Positions 7,131 to 13,951 of a DNA stretch of 20,000 bases are shown here, in pieces. A program made the position numbers and the translations under genes. The notes under the pieces are model-generated. The model was not told the origin of the DNA, ran no database searches, and worked only from the letters and a program-made list of their open reading frames with translations. Origin of the DNA: an uncultured virus (IMG/VR IMGVR_UViG_3300043313_000329) (taxonomy: Duplodnaviria; Heunggongvirae; Uroviricota; Caudoviricetes); IMG/VR virus record IMGVR_UViG_3300043313_000329; one strand, written 5' to 3'. Every line of letters begins with the position of its first letter. Position 1 is the stretch's first letter.

Positions 7131-9739
7131 TGCCCGGCCTCAAGCTCAAGCCCAAGATCAGCAAGAGCGCGCACTTTGCCAAGATCAAATGGGACATCAA
7201 CAAGCACAAGCGCGACAAGACCACCGGGCGCTTCACGTTCAAGCCCGGTACGGAGGAGTTCAAGGCTGAGCCGTTCGGCCCCGGCAAGACCAGCAACGTC
7301 AAAAGCGCGGATGTCATCAAGCTGCACGTCACCAGCAACCCCAAGAAGGCTGGCAGCGCCTCACACGCTGACTTTGAGCAGTACAAGGATGACATGACGG
7401 TCGGTGAGTTCAAGGCGCTGGTGGGCCCCAAGCAGGCCCAGCTGCACCTGAGCCACGACACCAAGAAGGGCTTCATCACCATACACGACCCAGCCACGCT
7501 GCCGCCCAAGCCGCTGGCTGAGCCTGAGCCGCCACCGCCGCCCAAGCTGACGCTGGCGGAGTACGCCATCACCAGCAAGACCAGTGGCGTGCAACCGCAC
7601 GACAAGATCAAGCTGTTGGCCGGGAGTAATCCCAAGAAGCCCGGCAGCAAGGCGGCTGCGGCGTTCAGCAATTATAAGGATGAAATGACCGTAGGCGAGT
7701 TTCAGGCGGCGCTGGGCGGCAAGAAATTTGCGCAGGAACACCTCACCCATGACCTCAAGAAAGGGTTCATATCAATCCACAACCCATCTGATCTGGCTGA
7801 CATGCAGGCCGGTAAGCTGAGCCCCGGCACGCTGGCGGCGCAGATGCAGAAGGGTGACAAGGGCCTTGGCGTCATCAGCAAGAACCCGTTCACCGCAGGC
7901 ACCAAGAATTATCAGGACTTTGAGGATGCCGCCTTTGACCAAGGGCTGACCACGCAGGCCAAGGTGGCGGCCAGCGTTGACCCGGCCACGGGCGCGGCCA
8001 AGCCCAAGCTGGCTGATCTGGCGGATGATGACATCGTGGTTAGCCAGTTTGGTAACGAATACACAGTTGCCAACATGAAGGCCAATAACGACCCCACCTT
8101 TAAGCAGGATATTGACAAGCACCTTGCCAGCGGTAAGTGGACTGTCAAGCCCAAGCCGCCCGCGCTCAAGGATACTGACACATTGACGCCTGTGGTGCCC
8201 GGCACGGGCCAATCCAGCGCCAATAAGTACACCCTAAAGGAATACAAGACCATCACCGGCATGACGGATAGTCAGGTGCAGGCGCATGTTGCCAGCGGCA
8301 AGCTGAAGGTGAACGCCGCAGCTGAGCCGGTCACCACCATGAAGGCCGGGCCAAGCGTGACGGCCAAGCCCAAGCCAGTGCAGGCTGCCGCTGATGATGA
8401 TGAGGTGACCACCGGGCTGGGTAACAAGTTTACGGTGACCAAGTACAAGAAGCAATGGACCGAACAGGGCTACTCTGAGGCAGAGGCCATTGAAAAGCTC
8501 AACGCCAATATCGCCAGCGGTGCCATCCACGTCACCAAGAAGAAAGTGCTAGCTGACGATGACGTGGTTGAGACGTTCATGGGCAACAAGTACACCGTTG
8601 CCGAGTACAAGGCCAAGTTCTACGTCAGTAATGACGATATTGACCAGCAAATGAAAAATCAGGACCTCAAGCTGGTACCCAAGATCACGCCTACCGGGGG
8701 TTCCCCGGCTGCCCCGGCTGCCGAGCCCGCCATCACCAAGCTGTCGCAGGTACCTAAGCAGGACTGGGACAAGTATGACGTAGCCACCATTAGCGCTGAC
8801 AACCCCTACCCGCAGGGCTCAGACAAGTGGGTGAAGTTCAAGAAGATCCACAACACGTCCAGTGGTGCCAAGAGCATGACTGTGACCAAATACATGTCTA
8901 GCACCACGCTGGTTGACAAGCAGGAGGTGCTGCTTGAACAGATGGTGGCTGACGGCCATGTCAAGTTCGTCACGCCTGCCCAGAAAAAGGCGGTTGCTGA
9001 CCAGCATGCCAAGTTTGCGGCGCAGAAGGCTGCCGCTGAAAAGCAGGCGCAGGTTGACAAGTACAAGCTGCATCACGAGCAGTTGCAGCCCGCTGATTGG
9101 AAGAACGCGCCCAAGTGGTCCAAGGTGCCGGGGGTTCAAGACTTGGGTGTGTCTGGCAAGACCATTATTATGGATCAAACCCGTGCGGCGCTGGGCCTGA
9201 AGTTCAACAGCGCTCAGAACCCTTCGGTAAAATATTACACCGGCACTGGCAACAGTACCATCAACGGCCAGCTGCGGGGCACAGCCGGTTATGGGGCGGT
9301 GACCAGCACCACCAAGAGCCATATGGCCAGCTTGGATAAGCTGATGCAGCCCACGCAGGGTGATGCCATCATGTGGCGTGGCATAGGCACCACGGGGGAT
9401 TTGGATAACCTGAATAACATGCCGCCCCCATCGGAGTTTATTGATCTGGGCTATAGCAGCATGTCACACAACCCCAACGTAGCGCAGGGGTTTGGCGGGC
9501 GCTCCAGCATCACTAACCGGAAAACCATGTTCAGGATACGTGTGCCCGCAGGCACCAAGGCGGCATATGTCAGCCGAAGGTATTCACAGGAAGAGTCCAT
9601 GAAAGATGAGGCTGAGGTAATCACGATGCGTGGCACTCGGTTCAAATACATTAGCACCACCAAGAACCTCGATGTGCACGGTACCAAGGTTGATGTCATT
9701 GAGGTGGAGATTGTGGATGAGCATGGCGGTAACATCTAA
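7130..9739 (+). CDS. Multidomain repeat protein with C-terminal ADP-ribosyltransferase (VIP2/C3/T4 Alt-like R-S-E clade)
   Basis: YYTG...INGQLRG, MWRG (catalytic Arg, 9377), DLGYSSMS (STS-like, ~9455-9466), FRIRVPAGTKAAYV, DEAEVITMRGTRF (ExE, 9608-9616). ATG 7130 is coupled by TGATG with GGAGG at 7121; the ORF track starts at GTG 7127. Confidence 0.9.
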   Translation: MPGLKLKPKISKSAHFAKIKWDINKHKRDKTTGRFTFKPGTEEFKAEPFGPGKTSNVKSADVIKLHVTSNPKKAGSASHADFEQYKDDMTVGEFKALVGPKQAQLHLSHDTKKGFITIHDPATLPPKPLAEPEPPPPPKLTLAEYAITSKTSGVQPHDKIKLLAGSNPKKPGSKAAAAFSNYKDEMTVGEFQAALGGKKFAQEHLTHDLKKGFISIHNPSDLADMQAGKLSPGTLAAQMQKGDKGLGVISKNPFTAGTKNYQDFEDAAFDQGLTTQAKVAASVDPATGAAKPKLADLADDDIVVSQFGNEYTVANMKANNDPTFKQDIDKHLASGKWTVKPKPPALKDTDTLTPVVPGTGQSSANKYTLKEYKTITGMTDSQVQAHVASGKLKVNAAAEPVTTMKAGPSVTAKPKPVQAAADDDEVTTGLGNKFTVTKYKKQWTEQGYSEAEAIEKLNANIASGAIHVTKKKVLADDDVVETFMGNKYTVAEYKAKFYVSNDDIDQQMKNQDLKLVPKITPTGGSPAAPAAEPAITKLSQVPKQDWDKYDVATISADNPYPQGSDKWVKFKKIHNTSSGAKSMTVTKYMSSTTLVDKQEVLLEQMVADGHVKFVTPAQKKAVADQHAKFAAQKAAAEKQAQVDKYKLHHEQLQPADWKNAPKWSKVPGVQDLGVSGKTIIMDQTRAALGLKFNSAQNPSVKYYTGTGNSTINGQLRGTAGYGAVTSTTKSHMASLDKLMQPTQGDAIMWRGIGTTGDLDNLNNMPPPSEFIDLGYSSMSHNPNVAQGFGGRSSITNRKTMFRIRVPAGTKAAYVSRRYSQEESMKDEAEVITMRGTRFKYISTTKNLDVHGTKVDVIEVEIVDEHGGNI

Positions 9740-9743
9740 AGGA

Positions 9744-9752
9744 TGCTACACT
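9744..9752 (+). promoter_or_regulatory. Possible extended -10 promoter (TGcTACACT) for the small ORF downstream of the ART
   Basis: TGn-TACACT lies just after the ART stop and just before RBS AGAAAGGAAA. No good -35. Confidence 0.3.
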
Positions 9753-9775
9753 GCCGCTTTAGAAAGGAAATCACA

Positions 9776-9964
9776 ATGGCAAAGAAACAGAAACCACTTA
9801 TGCCCGACTGGCCTAACCCTGAGCCGCGCCCCGGTATGGAGCGTTTCAGTGACTGGTCACTCAGCAGCATCGTGCCTCTTGAACCGGGTGAGGTGCTGGT
9901 CAATGATGACCCAGATGACCCTAACCGGATTGCTACCTATAGGGATAAGAAACCTAAGAAATAA
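9776..9964 (+). CDS. Small hypothetical protein (62 aa), candidate ART partner/immunity protein
   Basis: Strong RBS AGAAAGGA (9761-9768) before ATG 9776, preferred over the track start at 9743. MAKKQKPLMPDWP...ERFSDWSLSSIVPL... Confidence 0.7.
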   Translation: MAKKQKPLMPDWPNPEPRPGMERFSDWSLSSIVPLEPGEVLVNDDPDDPNRIATYRDKKPKK

Positions 9965-9968
9965 CCAC

Positions 9969-9997
9969 TAGTCAAGCGCCGAATGTGGCGTTATGCT
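9969..9997 (+). promoter_or_regulatory. Possible sigma70-like promoter for the scaffold/capsid genes
   Basis: TAGTCA-17 nt-TATGCT (each 4/6 to consensus) in one of the few intergenic gaps, followed by an AT-rich leader. Confidence 0.35.
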
Positions 9998-10041
9998 TCC
10001 GCTCATTGATTTTCGTCGTTAATTTTCTGAGGGAGAGTTGG

Positions 10042-10275
10042 ATGATTGGTGACCCGGAGCCTGAGGCCGACAACTCATTGCCGCGTGCCCCGGCCAGCAA
10101 GCCGGAGCCGCAGCCTGATGTTGATCTTGAGGAAGATCAGGATAACACCCTGCCGCGCGCGCCTACTGAGCGCAAGGACCCGGTGCAGCCGGTTGACCCA
10201 GATGATGAGGCTGATGAGGCCGACGCTGAAGATGAGGTTGACCCCGACGAAGACGCTGAGGAGACCGCCGCGTGA
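10042..10275 (+). CDS. Acidic disordered small protein (77 aa) with DN[ST]LPRAP repeated twice
   Basis: RBS GAGGGAG upstream of ATG 10042; GTGA overlap with the scaffold start. Confidence 0.65.
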   Translation: MIGDPEPEADNSLPRAPASKPEPQPDVDLEEDQDNTLPRAPTERKDPVQPVDPDDEADEADAEDEVDPDEDAEETAA

Positions 10276-11111
10276 CTTTGCGCGCCGTCATAGAGAAGCT
10301 TGAGGAAGTACCTGAAGCCCTCAAGGCTGAGTACATTGAGAAGGACGGCAAGTTCTATCTCGATCTGGACAATTCACTCAACGTGCATACCGCCATTGCC
10401 CCGCTGGCAACGGCGCTGGCCACCGTCAAGCGTGAGAAGAAAACCATTCAGGACAAGCTAACGGCCTTGGAAACCAAGACCGCTGGCCTGCCTGATGACT
10501 TTGACCCCGCCAAGTACGCTGATACGGTGGCTGAACTGGAAGCCCTCAAGACCGACCCTAACCGGGACAAGGACACTGAGGCCAAACTCCAGAAAGAACG
10601 TGAGCGTTACGAACAGCGCCTGCGTGACGCTGAGGCCAAGCGCGTTGCTGACCTCAAGGCCAAAGACACTGAAATCAATGAGCGTGACACGCTCATCCAT
10701 GAGACATTGGTTGACGGCGGCCTGACTGAGGCATTGGTCAAGCACGGTGTTGCCAGTCAGTTCATGGGTGCCACCCGCGCCCTGTTGCGCGGGGCGGTGA
10801 AAGTGCAGAAGGGTGATGATGGCAAGCGCCATGCCGTGGTAACCACGGACCTTGGTGACGTTGACATTGATCACTTTGTAGAGAACTGGTCCAAATCAGA
10901 CGACGGCAAGCACTTCGTGGTTCAAGGCAAGGGCTCTGGAAGCCATGGCTCTGGCAATGGGCGCGGCAGTGAAATCAACCCGTGGGTGAAGGAATCCTTC
11001 AACCTTACGGAACAAGGCCGCATCATCAAGTCTGACAAAGACAAGGCACGTCGTCTCATGAAAACCGCTGGGCGCACCAGCCATGAGATTGACAGCGCAC
11101 TAGCATCATAG
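10272..11111 (+). CDS. Capsid scaffolding protein
   Basis: 279 aa. N-terminal L+A.I..LEEVPEALK.EYIEKDGKFYLD, long coiled coil, GSGS linker, C-terminal NPW.KE.FNLTEQGRI. Directly upstream of the capsid gene. Confidence 0.85.
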   Translation: MTLRAVIEKLEEVPEALKAEYIEKDGKFYLDLDNSLNVHTAIAPLATALATVKREKKTIQDKLTALETKTAGLPDDFDPAKYADTVAELEALKTDPNRDKDTEAKLQKERERYEQRLRDAEAKRVADLKAKDTEINERDTLIHETLVDGGLTEALVKHGVASQFMGATRALLRGAVKVQKGDDGKRHAVVTTDLGDVDIDHFVENWSKSDDGKHFVVQGKGSGSHGSGNGRGSEINPWVKESFNLTEQGRIIKSDKDKARRLMKTAGRTSHEIDSALAS

Positions 11112-11214
11112 CTGCCGCGTAATACGGGCTGCTACCCCCATATAACGGACCCACTGCGCTGGCGTAACACGGGCGCGGTCAAGGCCACCCCAACCCACGG
11201 TCAATGACTGGGTT
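11109..11214 (+). promoter_or_regulatory. Three tandem bulged hairpins in the capsid gene 5' leader
   Basis: 11109-11134, 11153-11179 and 11192-11214, each with a basal stem, a 5' bulge, a 3-bp stem and an AAY loop. Confidence 0.55.
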
Positions 11215-11255
11215 AGGTCCATGTTCACTCATGTGCCATCCAAGGAGATTGACCT

Positions 11256-12209
11256 ATGGCCTCGACCAAGATTGCCGACGTGATTGTGCCGTCGGTCTTC
11301 AACCCGTATGTTGTTGAAAAGTCAACGGAACTATCCGCGCTGTTTGAAAGCGGCATCATCGCCACGGTGGGCGAGCTGAACGTGTTCGGCCAGAAGGGCG
11401 GCACCACGGTGGCCATGCCGTTCTGGAAAGACCTGACCGGCGCTGAAGAAATTCTGTCTGACGTTGTGCCGCTGGGCGTTGACAAGATCACCACCGGCCA
11501 AGACATCGCCGTGCTGCATGCACGCGGCAAGGCGTGGGGCGTCAATGATCTGGCAGAGGCTCTGTCAGGTGATGACCCCATGGCGCAGATCGCCGCGCTG
11601 GTTGGTGACTTCTGGCAGCGCCGCTGGCAGACCATGCTCATCAACATTCTGACCGGCATCTTTGCCAGCGCCAGCATGGCGGGCAATATTCACGACATCA
11701 GCGCCGCCGCCGCGCCTGACAACATCATCAGCGCCAACAGCGTGGTTGACGCCATGTACAAGCTAGGCGATGCCAGCCAGCGCTTGACCGCCTTTGCCAT
11801 GCACAGCGCCGTGGTGGCGGTGCTGGTCAAGCAGGGCCTGATTGACTTTAAGGAAGACCGCGACGGCAACCCCACCCTGCCCTACTACATGGGCAAGCGG
11901 GTCATTCAGGATGACGGCATGCCCGTCACGGGTGGCGTCTACACCAGCTACCTATTTGGTGCCGGGGCCATTGGCTACGCTGACGGCGGCGCGCCTACCC
12001 CCACTGAGACTGACCGTGACAGTCTGGCCGGTGAAGATATCCTGATCAATCGCAGGCACTTTGTCATGCACCCGCGCGGCATTGCGTGGATTGGCACGGC
12101 AACCGGTGTCAGCCCCACCAACGCTGAACTGGCTATCGGCACCAACTGGAACCGCCGCTACAGCCCCAAAAACATCAGGATTGTGCAGTTCAAGCACAAG
12201 ATTGTCTGA
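11256..12209 (+). CDS. Major capsid protein (HK97 fold)
   Basis: 317 aa, RBS AAGGAG. TKIADVIVP.VFNPYV, GG.TV.MPFW.DL.G, RGKAW...DLA..LSG.DPM..I, YMGKRVI.DD.MP, ETDRD...G.D.LI.R..FV.HP.G, NW.R.Y..K.I. Confidence 0.92.
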   Translation: MASTKIADVIVPSVFNPYVVEKSTELSALFESGIIATVGELNVFGQKGGTTVAMPFWKDLTGAEEILSDVVPLGVDKITTGQDIAVLHARGKAWGVNDLAEALSGDDPMAQIAALVGDFWQRRWQTMLINILTGIFASASMAGNIHDISAAAAPDNIISANSVVDAMYKLGDASQRLTAFAMHSAVVAVLVKQGLIDFKEDRDGNPTLPYYMGKRVIQDDGMPVTGGVYTSYLFGAGAIGYADGGAPTPTETDRDSLAGEDILINRRHFVMHPRGIAWIGTATGVSPTNAELAIGTNWNRRYSPKNIRIVQFKHKIV

Positions 12210-12222
12210 CAGGCGTTATATG

Positions 12223-12250
12223 TAATGGGTGGGACTGAGCCCACCCATTA
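12223..12250 (+). other. Perfect 11-bp hairpin downstream of the capsid gene (stabiliser/attenuator)
   Basis: TAATGGGTGGG-ACTGAG-CCCACCCATTA, with no U-tract after it. Confidence 0.55.
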
Positions 12251-12278
12251 AAACCGCCAATGAAAAGGAGTACCCGTC

Positions 12279-13082
12279 ATGGGTCTGTCAGCATTCAGCC
12301 GCGCGCGTGTATCCCAGCTGCCAGAAATGGAGCTTGAGGTAGAGCGCTTCGTAGAGTGGAACCGTGTCCACCAGCAAAGCTTCCGTGATCTTGATGAACT
12401 GCATAGCAAAAGCACTGAGGAAGAGCGCTTGCAGCGTATCAGGGACACGGCGGCAGAGAACGTCAAGGTGATCGGTGAGAAGGTGGTGGCCGGTCTTCAG
12501 GAAAATATCGGTGAAAATGAAACCATCGACATGCCGCTGCGCATTGATCACGTGCGTGACATGGTGGGCCGCCGCCACGTGGTTGACCCGCAGGGTGAGC
12601 CCAAGAGCATGATGGACAAGCTGCATGACCGCATACCCACCGGCAGCATGTCTGAGCGCTTGGTGCCCAAGACTGATGTGGTAGGGCTTGGCCCCACCAA
12701 GGAAGAGGTTGAGGCCGCAGAAGTTGAGCAGCAACCATGGGTGAACCCGGATGAGGTTACTCCTCCCGCTCAACCGGGTGACCCTGTGGAACTGCCAGCA
12801 GCGGGGCATGGCGCTGGCGTCATGGTGAGTGAAGATGACCGCCGTGACCGCATAGCCAACGTGCCTGCGGACACGCGGCAGCCGGTGCCGGAGGAAACCC
12901 GCACTGACACGCGCGGGCATGACGGCACGGGCCCTGAGCCCAGCCCTGAGGCTGGCCTAGCCGGTGTTGAGAAGGTGGTGCCGCCAACCACGCAGGTTGA
13001 GGGCAAGCACGCTGACGCCGCCGCCAAGGAAACCGCCAAAGACAAGGACCACCACAAAACCAAGAAGACCACAAAGGAGTAA
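12279..13082 (+). CDS. Hypothetical protein (267 aa) after the capsid gene; helical N-terminus, long disordered C-half
   Basis: RBS AAAAGGAG; starts MGLSAFSRAR; fills the gap between capsid and adaptor. Confidence 0.75.
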   Translation: MGLSAFSRARVSQLPEMELEVERFVEWNRVHQQSFRDLDELHSKSTEEERLQRIRDTAAENVKVIGEKVVAGLQENIGENETIDMPLRIDHVRDMVGRRHVVDPQGEPKSMMDKLHDRIPTGSMSERLVPKTDVVGLGPTKEEVEAAEVEQQPWVNPDEVTPPAQPGDPVELPAAGHGAGVMVSEDDRRDRIANVPADTRQPVPEETRTDTRGHDGTGPEPSPEAGLAGVEKVVPPTTQVEGKHADAAAKETAKDKDHHKTKKTTKE

Positions 13083-13085
13083 TTT

Positions 13086-13580
13086 GTGGCGCATTACGGC
13101 ACCGAGGCTGCCTTTGAGGCTTATTGCGCCCGGATGGGCTACACCGCATCCTCAGGCGATGTAGACCCGGCGCTTGAGCGGGCCACTGCCTATCTGGACG
13201 GGCACTACGGTGCCCGCTATCCGGGCAAGCCCACTGGCGGCTATGCGCAGGTGCTGGGCTGGCCTCGTACTGGCGTGACCGATTGCCATGGATACACCGT
13301 TCCCTCAGATACGGTGCCCCCGGCAATTGAGAACGCCACGTACGAGGCCGCACTTCGTGAACTGGCCACACCAAGCTCATTGAGCCCTGATGTGGTCACC
13401 GGTCAGATCAAGAAGTCAGTTTCAGTAGAGGGCGCGGTCAGCGTCACCTACGCTGACCCTGAGGGCGGGGCCATAGCGGGCCAGACGCCCACCCTGACCG
13501 TGGTGGACAATATGCTCAACTGCCTGCTTGGCGGGGCTGTCAGCGGGCGCAGCGTGACCAAGTGGCTGATGCGCACATGA
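13086..13580 (+). CDS. Head-tail adaptor (DnaT-like/gp15-like family)
   Basis: RBS AAGGAG with GTG start. AL.RAT.YLD..Y...YPG......Q.L.WPR.G...VP.AI..AT.EAAL, plus synteny. Confidence 0.8.
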   Translation: MAHYGTEAAFEAYCARMGYTASSGDVDPALERATAYLDGHYGARYPGKPTGGYAQVLGWPRTGVTDCHGYTVPSDTVPPAIENATYEAALRELATPSSLSPDVVTGQIKKSVSVEGAVSVTYADPEGGAIAGQTPTLTVVDNMLNCLLGGAVSGRSVTKWLMRT

Positions 13581-13951
13581 GTGACGCCTTCTATACCGAC
13601 ATGGCCGTGACCGCCCACGGCATCATAGATGAGTTCCAGCAGGGTACCCTCAAGCTGGAGCGGCGCACACCGGTAGCCAGTCCTGTGCCGTGGGACCCCG
13701 CTGAACCCACAGCCAAGATGTACCCTGTCGTGGGTGTGGTAAGATCAGTGGACCGTAGATACGTTGACGGGACGCTAGTAATCGCCACTGACCGTATGGC
13801 GACATTGCCTGTGAAAGGGCTACCGGTGGGCGTCGTACCTGAAATGACTGACCTGTTGCATGTGGATGGTCAGCCCACAACCATCAAGAAGGTGCTGAGG
13901 GTGCCGGAAGCGGGCATCATCATCGTATATAAGCTGATACTGGGGTCATGA
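13577..13951 (+). CDS. Head closure / head-tail joining protein
   Basis: ATGA coupling at 13577. FY..M...A..II.EF.QG, PWDP, YVDGTLVIATDR motifs, plus synteny. Confidence 0.7.
   Translation: MSDAFYTDMAVTAHGIIDEFQQGTLKLERRTPVASPVPWDPAEPTAKMYPVVGVVRSVDRRYVDGTLVIATDRMATLPVKGLPVGVVPEMTDLLHVDGQPTTIKKVLRVPEAGIIIVYKLILGS

Noticed and set aside
5525..7348. 34-nt exact repeat as a DGR template/variable pair or att site
   Set aside because: Both copies are in-frame parts of a repeated protein domain; no adenine-specific variation, and no reverse transcriptase or integrase in the window.
5699..9735. Minus-strand ORFs opposite the Nudix and ART genes as hidden antitoxins
   Set aside because: Low-complexity antisense translations with no independent expression signals.
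9947..9975. Minus-strand promoter from TTGACT at 9975-9970
   Set aside because: No plausible -10 at 17-18 nt spacing and no credible minus-strand gene downstream.
9743..10041. ORF-track starts at 9743 and 9985
   Set aside because: Better SD-supported ATGs at 9776 and 10042; the extensions cover probable regulatory DNA.
12223..12250. Canonical intrinsic terminator
   Set aside because: No U-tract follows the stem on either strand; kept only as a hairpin.
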